From: Granulosicoccus sp.
GTDB taxonomy: Bacteria; Pseudomonadota; Gammaproteobacteria; Granulosicoccales; Granulosicoccaceae
Direction: 5' to 3'
DNA: 64,000 nucleotides
NCBI GenBank assembly: GCA_965224525.1
Contig: OZ245050.1
Coordinates: 410,021 to 474,020 of the forward strand
The notes below the pieces were generated by a model. The model saw only the letters and a list, made by a program, of their open reading frames with translations. It did no database searches and was not told the DNA's origin. Made by a program: the position numbers and the translations under genes. Shown piece by piece: positions 26,982-37,400 of the stretch (position 1 is its first letter; the number at the start of each line of letters is the position of its first letter).

Positions 26982-29759
26982 TTAGCGTGCTGTGTCGCTA
27001 GCGCTTGCGGATTGGCTGGACGCATACGTTATCGCATCAATTACAAGGCGTGCTTTCTGCGCTTCGAAGCTGTCTGCGTCGCTCGCATCCTGCAACTGAT
27101 ATGTGTAGATGTCACGAGGCGATTCGTCACTGATGCCCAGCTGCTCCCAGTGCTGATTCAATTCTATCAGTCGTTTTGTTGCCTCGACATGATCGTTGTT
27201 TAGATAGGCGATGACCAGCCAGGGAGCAACATCTACACTTGAAAAGAAATCCGTATCGGCATCTATGATGGTTAGCAGAACGCTATAGATAAACCCGACA
27301 TCGTCGTTGATTTCCTGCTGCAGATCTGCATATTCAGCATCACGTTCGGTAAATCTACGTTCGGCTTGAGAAAGGTTGCCACCCAGAATTAATATCCAGC
27401 CCAGCTCTTCATCCATGTAGCTGTCTGATCCCTCAGCACCATAGAGTTCCAGAGAGCGGAGCATGTTCGCATAGGCGAGTTTGAAGTGTTTTTGCCTGAT
27501 ATCATGATAGGCCAGATTTTGAAAGGCCGATGCTTTAAGCCAGAGTTCGTCGCCATAGTCCTTGTTGGTAGAGTCCACGCGTAGGGTTCGTGCTCTGGAC
27601 TGATCACCGATTTGGTCGTAGTGCAGGGCGAATTCTTCCAACGTCATAGACTCCGCCGCCAGGTCTCCAAGTTGGCGCTGAATTATCAGTGCCTTTTCAA
27701 ACAAGGATTGCCGGGTGCTGCTATCCATTGCAGCAAGTGCTGTCCAGTGTACGTAGGAATTCGCCAGCTCCGGTAGATATTCTGTTCCAGCTGCAGATCG
27801 GGTCTTAAACATCTCTACAATTGAACTGATTTGTTGCGGATTGTCTGTTTCCACATAGTATTCAACCAGTGCGGTGAGCGTTTCTGCATGCAGCTGCTTG
27901 TGGTGTGACTGTTTGCTGGCTTCGGCTTCCGCCTGCTGAAAGTATTCCAGACCTTGTTCCAGGTTGTCATCAAATGTGGCGAGCCATCCGGCCTCTATCA
28001 ATGCATAAACCTTTTCTTCGGTATTGTCAGCATTTGCAAATTTAGAATCCAGCCAGGTGTCCGAATCGAATGAGTCCGAATAAGCGATATCAGCGTAGTC
28101 ATCAGGAGAAAAGTCTGCAAATCCCGCAATGCGTGTTAGCGAACCAGCGGTGTTGTTGAGCAGAAGATATCCTGGGCCAATCAGGAAGAAGGCGTAGACA
28201 ATCATCAGGCCGATCGGCTTGTACATTGCAGATCGACGCTGACTGACCAGAGACTGAAAATAGCGCACCCGATTGTACTTGGTATCGAACCCGCTCTTGT
28301 GAGCTTGCATGTAATCAAACAGCTTGTAAACGAGGCTATCCTGGTTGTCGCCTGATTTTCTGAATTGACGGTATGTATTGAACAGACCAATATTCAGGTA
28401 ACTCTCCTTGATACCAAATCCAAGCCATGCGGTAATGACAAACAGGAAGGGGTCCTGCAGCAATAGTGCAACAATAAGGGCGAATAGGAAACTTGCGATG
28501 TGCAGCAGTAATTGAACTTTGGGAAATCGGGTGGTTATCGCTAGATTGACAAGTTGACCGCCATCCAGAGGCATAACAGGTAAAAGATTCAGGCAGTTGA
28601 TAATCAGCAGCGTAGCGATGAGACCTCGCGCTATATCATCTATTTCCGGCAAGAACATCAACAGAGCAAACGCAAGGGTAATGCCCGGTACCGGGCCAGA
28701 CAGACACACGATCATGCGTTGCCAGGTTGGGGCGTCATCACGTTCGCCGATGGCTACCGCACCCAGCGGCATAAACAGAATGTATTTGTTGGTATAGCCG
28801 AACAGGCTCATGGCGAGAAAATGACCCAATTCGTGGAACAGCAAGACGGGTATCAGGAACAGCGCGTACTTGAACGAGAATACAAAACCAAGAAATACAC
28901 TGGAGAATATGGCCGAGGCTAGCAATACCGTCAGTTTGAAAGGTACTGACATTTTATTGCCGGACTCGAATTGACGACGGCGCTGGAAGGCATCCACCTC
29001 CAGCGGGATGATGCTGGCATCCGTCGGCAGGTTACGTTTCGAGTCAGCGGCTGTGTTTTTCAAAGCCGGTGTTGAAGGTGTTTTACTGCCAAACAGTAGC
29101 TTGCTGATGGCATGCCAGCTTATGCGGAACTTGTCCCCGTGGTATATCAAGTGGCCGTTGTCGCACAGCGCATTGTAGTAAGCCTTGATGTCGGTGTTCA
29201 GTCTTCTTACATAGTGAACAAGGTCAAGCCGAAGTCTTTTTGATTCTGTTGTCTCATTCTGTTCGAAATCTGCAACAGCATTAAGGTGCGTCTGCCATTG
29301 CCCCGCATAGCCTGGAGATGTAGATTTGAAAATCAGGTTTCCGCCAGCCTCATGGTGGATGATTCCCTCATCGGTACCTAATGTCATCAGTCGACAAGAA
29401 TCGTAGAGCGTTACAAATGCCACGTTAACCGGAGTGATGCGGTCCGGTTTCAGCGCGGTGGCAACCTCCGCATAGCTGCTTTCATCGACATGCCAATACA
29501 CGGCTACCCATTTTGGTTGCTCTATTACCGCTTCGAGGTCCTGCCTCTTTTCGTAGTGAGAGAACAGAAATCCGGCATCGCGCAAAGGATCAACCGCTTC
29601 AGTCAAACTCTGTCGGATTGACTCCGGGATGTCGGCGGGAGTAACCGCGCGGCTGACAGGCACCCGAAGTCGGAGGTGCATGATTCGACCAACTGCTCTG
29701 ATAAGTTGCGAGGCAAACAGAAATACCAGTATGGCGACAACCAGGCCAAGTGTGGTCAT
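26982..29759 (-). CDS. Large (925 aa) membrane protein with a site-2-protease (M50) metalloprotease core flanked by long N- and C-terminal (TPR-like) domains
   Basis: HELGHFLAMS (HExxH) plus ...NLLPVMPLDGGQLV (LDG motif) in a multi-TM segment. Confidence 0.65.
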   Translation of the reverse strand: MTTLGLVVAILVFLFASQLIRAVGRIMHLRLRVPVSRAVTPADIPESIRQSLTEAVDPLRDAGFLFSHYEKRQDLEAVIEQPKWVAVYWHVDESSYAEVATALKPDRITPVNVAFVTLYDSCRLMTLGTDEGIIHHEAGGNLIFKSTSPGYAGQWQTHLNAVADFEQNETTESKRLRLDLVHYVRRLNTDIKAYYNALCDNGHLIYHGDKFRISWHAISKLLFGSKTPSTPALKNTAADSKRNLPTDASIIPLEVDAFQRRRQFESGNKMSVPFKLTVLLASAIFSSVFLGFVFSFKYALFLIPVLLFHELGHFLAMSLFGYTNKYILFMPLGAVAIGERDDAPTWQRMIVCLSGPVPGITLAFALLMFLPEIDDIARGLIATLLIINCLNLLPVMPLDGGQLVNLAITTRFPKVQLLLHIASFLFALIVALLLQDPFLFVITAWLGFGIKESYLNIGLFNTYRQFRKSGDNQDSLVYKLFDYMQAHKSGFDTKYNRVRYFQSLVSQRRSAMYKPIGLMIVYAFFLIGPGYLLLNNTAGSLTRIAGFADFSPDDYADIAYSDSFDSDTWLDSKFANADNTEEKVYALIEAGWLATFDDNLEQGLEYFQQAEAEASKQSHHKQLHAETLTALVEYYVETDNPQQISSIVEMFKTRSAAGTEYLPELANSYVHWTALAAMDSSTRQSLFEKALIIQRQLGDLAAESMTLEEFALHYDQIGDQSRARTLRVDSTNKDYGDELWLKASAFQNLAYHDIRQKHFKLAYANMLRSLELYGAEGSDSYMDEELGWILILGGNLSQAERRFTERDAEYADLQQEINDDVGFIYSVLLTIIDADTDFFSSVDVAPWLVIAYLNNDHVEATKRLIELNQHWEQLGISDESPRDIYTYQLQDASDADSFEAQKARLVIDAITYASSQSASASDTAR

Positions 29760-29792
29760 GGCAGTATTTGGCTATACGCGAACCAGTGCTGC

Positions 29793-30989
29793 CTAGCTGT
29801 CGCGGCCGGCTCTTCCCAGCTGGAATGCTGTGCTCAACCCCAGAAACAGAAACAACAAGTCCAGCGGTCCAAGAGAATCAATTACCATTGATGTGGTAGA
29901 TGCGCCAACAACAGAGCGCTCCAGTTCCATCAAGTCGGAGTCGTTCCAGTCTGAACTGCTTGAGTCATTGTCGATATGGTCTTCAAGCCAGGGTTGTGTG
30001 TACTCGCGAAAATCGCTCAGCTCGGCATTGGTTACAAACAAGGCTGTTTTGGCATCCGAGTATTCGTGCTCTACCATGAAGGCCTTGATTGAATCATCAT
30101 CTTTACGGATAGTTGCAAAGGCCTCCGCATCAAGCGTGACCTCTTCCAGGGCTGCTTGCAGTTCTCCCATGTTATCGCTGTCACCAAAAAGTTCAGCAAC
30201 TTCCGATTGGTAGCTGGCCATGGTCATGTACTTGCCTCCAAAGATCGCCATCAGCGCCAGTAAAGCGCACACGATACCGATGCCTGTGCCACGTCCGCCA
30301 GTCATGGCTGCGGCTGTTCCCACCGCGCCACCAATTCCCCAGGCAACCAGCCCCAGCTCGTAGCCGAAGGCAACGGCAATCAGTTTCCAGACAACGGCGC
30401 CGACGACGGCCGCTGCGATGGGCAGGGCGATGCTGGCCATGGAAAAGGTGTTGTCGTTTGTCTCGATCTGCACTCGGTTGGTGGGTCTGCTACGGGGTGT
30501 TTCTGTATCGGTGTATGATATTTCTTGCGGTATCGCACGGGCTATAGCCGCGTCGTTCTGCTTGAATTTGTCGAAAAATATACCGCAACCAGTACATTGT
30601 TCAGACTTGCTTTGTGCCAACTGACATTTTGGGCAACTGAATCCGGTCTTTGCGCCGCTGCTTGCTGCGGTAGATGGCATGTCGTCTACCTGTACCAGAC
30701 TTAACCCGTCCGGTTTGGGCTCTGATGTAACAGCTAGTGGCCTGTTTCCATCTTCTGTATGCTCATTCAACGTGACTGACATGCCGATTTTCATCAGTTG
30801 CTGTTTGTAGGCCTCCGCATCTTTTCTGGACAGGTCCTTTTTTATCAACTTTTGCTTTTCAACATAGACCGCAGCTTTATCAGTCGGCACACCGAATATA
30901 GAAGAGAATGCAGTGACCACGTTCTCGATCTCAAAACCGGACTCGACCGCTCCGCTGGAAGAAATGCTGTAGGTTGCAGAAGTGCTCAT
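29793..30989 (-). CDS. Membrane protein with a cytoplasmic four-Cys zinc-ribbon (CPKC...CTGC). It sits upstream of, and is co-directional with, the M50 protease.
   Basis: Motifs and hydrophobic segments were read from the ORF. No family was assigned. Confidence 0.45.
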   Translation of the reverse strand: MSTSATYSISSSGAVESGFEIENVVTAFSSIFGVPTDKAAVYVEKQKLIKKDLSRKDAEAYKQQLMKIGMSVTLNEHTEDGNRPLAVTSEPKPDGLSLVQVDDMPSTAASSGAKTGFSCPKCQLAQSKSEQCTGCGIFFDKFKQNDAAIARAIPQEISYTDTETPRSRPTNRVQIETNDNTFSMASIALPIAAAVVGAVVWKLIAVAFGYELGLVAWGIGGAVGTAAAMTGGRGTGIGIVCALLALMAIFGGKYMTMASYQSEVAELFGDSDNMGELQAALEEVTLDAEAFATIRKDDDSIKAFMVEHEYSDAKTALFVTNAELSDFREYTQPWLEDHIDNDSSSSDWNDSDLMELERSVVGASTTSMVIDSLGPLDLLFLFLGLSTAFQLGRAGRDS

Positions 30990-31233
30990 CTGGCGTCCGG
31001 TGGTTAATCAAAAAATGCATATTGCAGCTACACAGGGCAGCGTTCATCAAGGGGGTCATTTTTAACGCTGGCAATACAGATTGTGATCGAGTGCTGATAA
31101 CTGCCTGGAAAATATCTGAGTACTTGACGTGCGCCCGGCGCTAAAAAGGTACCGACGGGTGGTAACGATCCACCGTCTCAAGCTCTTCAAACTTGCGCTA
31201 ATCCATCTCAGCTACATCGGCAGTTGGTAGACG

Positions 31234-31308
31234 TGGCGGACGCGACTGGAGTCGAACCAATCTTGCTGGAGTCAAAGTCCAGAGCATTCCCACGATTGCT
31301 ACACGCCC
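31234..31308 (-). tRNA. tRNA-Gln (anticodon UUG)
   Basis: Hand-folded cloverleaf: acceptor GGGCGTG/CGCGTCC (7 bp including G-U pairs), D-arm GCA..TGC, anticodon arm CTGGA-CTTTGAC-TCCAG, T-arm ATTGG-TTCGACT-CCAGT, discriminator G, CCA encoded. Total 75 nt. Confidence 0.8.
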
Positions 31309-31310
31309 GT

Positions 31311-31345
31311 ACAAAAAGGAGGGTGGATCGCACCACCCTCCACAC
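31311..31345 (-). terminator. Rho-independent terminator of the SPFH gene (GGAGGGTGG-tgcgat-CCACCCTCC followed by TTTTT on the minus strand)
   Basis: A 9-bp GC-rich stem and a U-tract lie directly after the stop at 31355. Confidence 0.6.
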
Positions 31346-31354
31346 AACAAGAAC

Positions 31355-32647
31355 TTACTGCTTCAATCGAACCAGTTCGTTCATGACGCCATCGAGGCCA
31401 CCGTAAACAGACAGGCTGCCGACGTTCTCGGTTACCCGCTCCAGTGTCTCGAGTTCCTTCAGGCGCAATGCCACGGCGTTGCTCTCCATCACCTTGGCGG
31501 TGTTGAGCAGGGAGCGCGTTGCATTGGTCTCTTCACGGCGACGAATTACATTCGCCTGGGCTGCCTTTTCGGCTTCAACCACCTTGCCCAGCAACTCCTT
31601 CATATCGCCAGGCAGGATGATGTCCTTGACACCAACACTCTTCACATTGATGCCATAACCGGAAAAGCGCTGCTTGATGAATTCAGCCACATCGCGATCA
31701 ATGACTGTCTTGTCTTCGAGCAAGGCATCCAGCGTACGGGTACCGACGGCTGCACGCAGACCGAACTGAATCTCCTTGTACAGGTGATCCAGAGGGTCTT
31801 TCAGCACTTGAACTGCCCTGGCGGCATCGTTGAACTGCCAGGTCGCGGTGACGTTGATGCGCAATGCCACCTTGTCCCGAGTCAGGATTTCCTGGCCCTG
31901 AACGTCCAGCGTCTGTACACGTAAATCCATCAGCTCCACCCGTACTTCACGGTTGAAACGCCAGAACGCATGCAGACCAGCTGCCAGGGTGTCGACAAAT
32001 TCGCCGTCAACATACAGCAGTCCAACATGACCGGCTGCAATGGTCAGCGAATGTACCGCTTTGGTTACCTGCCGAGCTGACTGCGCGCTGGATGGGTACA
32101 ACAGGTGTCGTGCCACTTGAGTATCCAGTGCCAATCCTGCTTGCAGGTCGACACGTTCAACTCTGGTGCTGACTACACCCTTCCAGTACAAAGCACGGTC
32201 GGAAGGACCGACTATGGTGCTCAACCGCTTGTTGTGGAAAACCAGAGCAGCTTCGCTAGCATTGGTTTCAACCACTTCAAACAGCCGTTCGACCTCAGCG
32301 CGTTCGGCTTCCATCAGGTAGTCAAGCAGACGGTGAGTGAACTCAGGTGTTGATACGTCGAATTGCTCAACAGCGTAGCTGCCTCGCAGGTCGAAGTATC
32401 GGTAAGTCCCTGGTGCAAGGAAAGACAGGAAATCTCCGTCCTTGAACAGGAGACCGCGTTCGTGCTTGCGCACGATGAACTTCTGATAGAACAGCATGAT
32501 GCGTTCTCCTTTGTTGGTGAATGAACCGTCATCAGACGGGATGGGTTGCGTTGCTGCCCGTTTCATGCGATTGACCGTTCTGAGTTGATCGCCTTTACGT
32601 GCCTGCACTGCTCTTTCGACTTCGGAGAGCCGTTGCATACCTCTCAT
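31355..32647 (-). CDS. SPFH/Band-7 (flotillin/slipin-like) domain protein
   Basis: Conserved band-7 region ...INVKSVGVKDIILPGDMKELL...AEKAAQANVIRRREETNA... Start chosen at MRGMQRL with an upstream GGGAGG; the ORF track frame opens at 32710. Confidence 0.7.
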   Translation of the reverse strand: MRGMQRLSEVERAVQARKGDQLRTVNRMKRAATQPIPSDDGSFTNKGERIMLFYQKFIVRKHERGLLFKDGDFLSFLAPGTYRYFDLRGSYAVEQFDVSTPEFTHRLLDYLMEAERAEVERLFEVVETNASEAALVFHNKRLSTIVGPSDRALYWKGVVSTRVERVDLQAGLALDTQVARHLLYPSSAQSARQVTKAVHSLTIAAGHVGLLYVDGEFVDTLAAGLHAFWRFNREVRVELMDLRVQTLDVQGQEILTRDKVALRINVTATWQFNDAARAVQVLKDPLDHLYKEIQFGLRAAVGTRTLDALLEDKTVIDRDVAEFIKQRFSGYGINVKSVGVKDIILPGDMKELLGKVVEAEKAAQANVIRRREETNATRSLLNTAKVMESNAVALRLKELETLERVTENVGSLSVYGGLDGVMNELVRLKQ

Positions 32648-32957
32648 GCAGCACCTCCCGTGCGTCGTTGAGGAAAGAACTAAAGATAAGTTAGAAGCAC
32701 CCGCTGCCACAGTTCAGCTGCGAATTACCGGTATCGGACAATCGACTACACCGCGCTCGCAACGTCAGGTGGCGGTCAGTTCGGTCTCATACACAGACCG
32801 GACTACAGCAACGTGACGTAACGCAGGTGGCACAGCGATACCATCTGAAAGTCCGTTAATCGGCAAACGTCACTGCTGTCTCAACCGAACAGAATTCTTG
32901 CGAATTCCAATCGTTATCAACAGGCAACGGGTGCAGTGGCGGGTGATGTTCTCACCC

Positions 32958-33014
32958 TGGAAGCGGAGTCGAACCGCAGGCTTTTGGCCTTACCGTGAGG
33001 TCGTTTATGGACCT
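32958..33014 (-). other. tRNA 3'-half-like remnant: anticodon-arm-like AGGTC-CATAAAC-GACCT, a long variable region, and T-arm GCGG-TTCGACT-CCGC with a TTCCA tail. Not a complete tRNA.
   Basis: Hand folding finds no D-arm or 5' acceptor strand. The last 22 nt resemble the 3' end of the neighbouring tRNA-like gene. Confidence 0.35.
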
Positions 33015-33016
33015 TG

Positions 33017-33089
33017 GTGTGGAAGCCGGAATCGAACCGGCAACACCCGGATTATGAGTCCGGTGCTCTACCTGTTGAGCTATTCCCCG
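33017..33089 (-). tRNA. tRNA-Met/Ile2-like gene (anticodon CAU) with a non-canonical acceptor stem. Possibly a pseudo-tRNA or an att-site-modified tRNA.
   Basis: Canonical D-arm GCTC-AACAGGTA-GAGC, anticodon arm CCGGA-CTCATAA-TCCGG and T-arm GCCGG-TTCGATT-CCGGC. The 3' acceptor strand TTCCACA pairs with 5' CGGGGAA at only 5 of 7 positions, and the 3' terminus reads ...C-CAA. Confidence 0.45.
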
Positions 33090-33344
33090 GTGGATGAGCT
33101 GTTCATTCGTTTGGTACACACGGTGCAATGGCTAGCGTAGGTGCGCCGGATGGGATCAGAACCCATAACCGCTAAACACAATGAACAGAGCTCGTCCCTG
33201 GTTGCCCGCAGTGGCGAATTACCACTGCACTATCAATGTGATAGTGAAGCTCTACCATTGGAGCATCAGGCGAATATGTACTGCATTGTTTAAAACTGTT
33301 TACTGCAGCCAGATTGTAAAAGAGCGCATCCGGGGCCAAAAAAA

Positions 33345-33376
33345 AGCCCCGAATGGAACGATCCATCCGGGGCTTT
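33345..33376 (+). terminator. Terminator-like hairpin (gccccg-aatgga-acga-tccat-ccggggc followed by TTTT). Its 5' arm can alternatively pair with an upstream cggggc (33331-33336), giving antiterminator-like alternative structures.
   Basis: Read directly from the sequence. No annotated plus-strand gene lies upstream. Confidence 0.4.
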
Positions 33377-33934
33377 TAACAAAGCGCTATCGGAAGGCTC
33401 GTTGATCGAGCCTTCCTGAAACTTGTCAGGTGGGGCTCAACACATGGACTCCAGCTGGTGGCCGAGTCCTTTGAATTCGGTTGGTTGAAAAAACGTTTCC
33501 ATGCTTGCTTGAATCAATACATCACTGTGCATCAGCTGTATAAACACAGCTCGCATTGCACTACTACGCGCATAGAATGCCGTTGCATTTACCGACAGCC
33601 GGTGCACACAGATCTGTGTTGGATATGTAATTTGGTGTTTCATGGGGCCGCGATTATAACGATGATTAAGGAGATGTCAACAGTGAAATACGTGAAAGTT
33701 TCGCTGGATCGTTACGATGTCACACATTTGCCTATCAAACTTAAACGGTATTTGGCTACGACGTGCAATAAGAAATGCCGATAGCAGGTAACTCGGATAT
33801 GTTAAAATTAAAGAGATAATTGATGCAGAAAAATACAGTTTAAATCCTCAACGTTTGAGCGGTTAGTCCGACAAACAGGATAGCTATTCAAGCTTGATCT
33901 GCTGAGTCCATGAAAGAATGATAGTGATACATGA

Positions 33935-34351
33935 TTGTGCGTCGCTTTGTACTATAGGGAGCGAGAGTTGGCCATATTCGCAATAGATTTTGACGGAACC
34001 TGCGTGGACCACCGTTATCCGGAAACTGGCCCGGATGTGCCTTGCGCGGTCGATTTTCTCCGGGTGCTTGCCGTCAATGAAAATCAGCTTATTTTGTTTA
34101 CGATGCGTTCTGGCGATGAGCTTGAAAATGCGGTTGAGTGGTTTAGTGAACGGGAACTGCCATTGATGGGTATCAACCAGAATCCGGACCAACTGGAATG
34201 GACCAGCAGCCCAAAAGCTTACGCGCATTTTTATATTGATGATGCGGCGGTAGGTTGTCCATTGATACAACCACCGGGTTTTGAACGTGAGTGTGTCGAC
34301 TGGCGATCAATAGCGGAATTACTTGGCTACGATGATAGTATTTTTGAATAA
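33935..34351 (+). CDS. Small HAD-superfamily phosphoesterase (nucleotidase / polynucleotide-3'-phosphatase-like minimal HAD)
   Basis: Motif I FAIDFDGTCVD (DxDGT) and motif IV FYIDDAAV. Length 138 aa. It lies 112 bp upstream of the SWIM-SNF2 gene. Confidence 0.6.
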   Translation: MCVALYYRERELAIFAIDFDGTCVDHRYPETGPDVPCAVDFLRVLAVNENQLILFTMRSGDELENAVEWFSERELPLMGINQNPDQLEWTSSPKAYAHFYIDDAAVGCPLIQPPGFERECVDWRSIAELLGYDDSIFE

Positions 34352-34463
34352 TAGGCTTCCGTTATGTGCTGTTCACCTGAACAGCGGTCACGCATAGAGG
34401 CCGTTGAGATATGCGACACTACCGCAATGGAAATGGTCCCGAAACTGTCGAAAATAGTATTGA

Positions 34464-37400
34464 ATGCCCTTTAAATTCAACGCATTGAGACCGCATGACA
34501 TAGTCACTGTCTGTGGTAAGGCTGCGGCCGCCAGAGGGCAGGCGCTATGGCGTAACGAAGCGGTTCTTGCGCTGCATCACCGCAGCGAATATTCAATAGT
34601 CGGGCTGGTGCAGGGCTCTCTGTCTGCCCCCTATGAAGTAGCCGTTCTGATAGATGATGACGACCTTATTTGTGATTGCAGTTGTCCGGTCAGCTTTGAT
34701 TGCAAGCATGTGGCAGCACTGTTGTACCAGCAAATCCACCTACAGGGCGAAACTCAAAACGCGCAGTATCCGGGTGAGCATCTGAATGGCGGGTCGAAGA
34801 ACGGCAGACGAGACCAAAGCGGAGAGGCAAAAACATCAGATGCGGTAGACGACTGGCTTGAGCACTTGTTTGTTGATCACCAGCAAGTTGATTTGTCCGA
34901 ACCTGAGCCGGAGCCTGGTGATCAGTTAGTATTATATGAACTGGATGCCGCAGAAAATACAAGGAGCCCTGGTCCAATAGTCAAGGTCGTGCAAAGTCGT
35001 TTGTTAAAACGCGGTGGTTTGGGCAAGGAAAAACCGTACTATTACGAGCAAAACTACTACTATCCGCGTTGGGTTACCGCGCTTGATAAGACGATTTTCA
35101 AGATTTATGAATCGCGGACAATCAACGATGCCAATGCCTGGATGCATGCCGGTAGCTCGCAGCTGGAGTTAACCGGTTCTCGCGGCTATGCCGTACTCGA
35201 AAAGCTGCTGATAACACAACGCCTGTACCTTGGTTCACAACGTGAACAGACTTTAACGCGAGGCGAACCCCGCTCACTGACAGTCGATTGGCAGCTTGGA
35301 GATGATGCGCAGTATCAATTGCACATTGCTCTTTCAGAGTGTGAAAACTGGCAATTGATACCCACAGAACCACCTTGGTATCTGGATGCTAACCGGCATT
35401 GTATTGGCTTGCTACATGATGCACTCTCGGCGCGCTTGTTGCGCTCGTTGTTGTCTGTGCCACCTGTTCCGAAAGAACGAGCACAGGTGTTCAGTAACCT
35501 GATAGCGACACACCTGCCGGACCTGCATGTGCCATTGCCGGTTGAACCCGATATCAGTGTGGTTGATGAAACGCCGCGGCCAATGCTGCTTTTGCAATCG
35601 CGTAATGATTCAGCAAATATTGCATCATTCTATGCAAGTCTCATGATGCGCTATGGTCCCTGGGCACTGGCATTACGTGGTGACAATGCACCACTAATGG
35701 TAGAGGCAGAGGACGAGGGCATTGGTACAGCGACAATACGTCGAAAACCAAAGCTGGAAATGCAGATTGCTGGTCAATTTATGCGGCAGTTCTCGGGCAT
35801 GCGTCCGGCTTTGGCGCGTGATCCAACGTTCTTTACGATGGCTGACTGGCTACCGTCGACTGGCAGTGCATTGGGCCAGCTGCAGCAATGGCAAAGCATT
35901 ATTGACGACATACCTGTGCTCGAAAGCCAAGGGTGGGTCGTGCGCATTATCCCGCCGTTTGATATTCAGGTGCAGCAGATTTCAGAAGTACAGGCATCCA
36001 TTAAACCCGCTGAAGGAGGCTGGTTCGATATGGGGCTGCACGTTGTTCACGATGGGCAAAGTTTTGATCTGGTACCGCATATTGCAGACTGGTTGAGCGA
36101 TGGGGCACCGGATCAGCCACTGTTGATTCAAAGTGACTCAGGTGTGTTTGCCGAGGTGCCGGTGACGCTGATTCAACCGATTGCCGATACCATGCTGGAA
36201 TTGTTTGACAACCCGTCCGAAGCGCAATCATTACGCGTATCGCCGGCTCGGGCGCTGACGCTGAATGCATTGGATGAGCAGTGGCAGATGCATGGTATTT
36301 CTTCAGTCTGGCAAGGCGGCGACAAGCTGTTTAAATTGGCTGAAAAGCTCAAGACGTTTACCGGCATCAAACACCGAAAATTGCCAAATACAGTCAAGGC
36401 AACATTGCGTCCGTATCAGCTGGATGGCGTAGCCTGGCTGGGTTTTCTCAGCAAATACGGGTTCAATGGCATCCTTGCTGATGATATGGGTCTGGGCAAG
36501 ACTCTACAAACGTTGGCATTTCTTGAGCAGCAACGTGTCGCTCGAAAACTCGCCGGTCCGGTATTAATCATTGCGCCTACCAGTTTGCTAAGCAACTGGG
36601 CAAGAGAGGCTGCCAGATTCACACCCAAACTCACATCGCGTATCTGGCATGGCTCTGAACGAAAAGACTCGCCACTGGCAGATGAAAAAGCGAAGCTTGT
36701 CATCACCAGTTACGCTTTGGCGCTGCGCGATCATGAACTATTGGCTGCCATAAAATTTTCCTGGCTGGTGCTGGATGAGGCACAGGCCATAAAGAATCCT
36801 GCTGCCAAGATCACACAGGCGGTAAAGCTACTGCCTATAGAGCGGCGTTTGTGTTTGACCGGTACGCCACTTGAAAATCACCTGCACGAACTGTGGTCAC
36901 AGTTCGATTTTCTGATGCCAAACCTGTTAGGTTCCCGACAGCACTTTGCGCGCTATTTCAGAACCCCGATCGAGAACCACGGAAATTCTGAGCGACAGGC
37001 AAGGCTTAATGCAATGATTCGACCGTTTATGCTACGTCGCAAGAAAGAAGAAGTCGCAGCCGATTTACCGCCAAAAACTGAAATCATCCGTGAGGTATTG
37101 CTGGAGGGCCCGCAAGCAACGCTATATGAAAGTATTCGAGCCAGCATGGAGGCGAAAGTACGCCGCGTTGTTGAACAGCGTGGGTTGGCACGCAGCCATA
37201 TCGAAATGCTTGAGGCTCTACTAAAGCTCAGGCAGACATGCTGTCATCCGCAGTTGGTCAAACTACCCAGCGCGCGCAAGGTAACCACATCGGCAAAAAC
37301 CGAATTGGTGATGTCAATGCTCACTGAATTGATCAGTGAAGGGAAAAAAATCCTGCTGTTCTCGCAGTTTACAGAAATGCTGGGTCTGCTTGAAACCGAG

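Noticed and set aside
33100-33330. Possibility that the tRNA-like D-arm and hairpins encode tmRNA, RNase P RNA or a T-box leader
   Set aside because: No tmRNA 5' GGGG-acceptor with a matching 3' CCA end is present. There is no RNase P P4 consensus (GGAAAGTCCGGGC) and no T-box sequence. Similarity is limited to generic tRNA-arm shapes.
33181-33405. 74-aa ORF in the tRNA-scar region (and small ORFs at 33437-33784)
   Set aside because: The ORF overlaps hairpin and terminator structures in a non-coding, AT-rich region. It has no RBS and no recognisable protein features, so it is probably not a gene.
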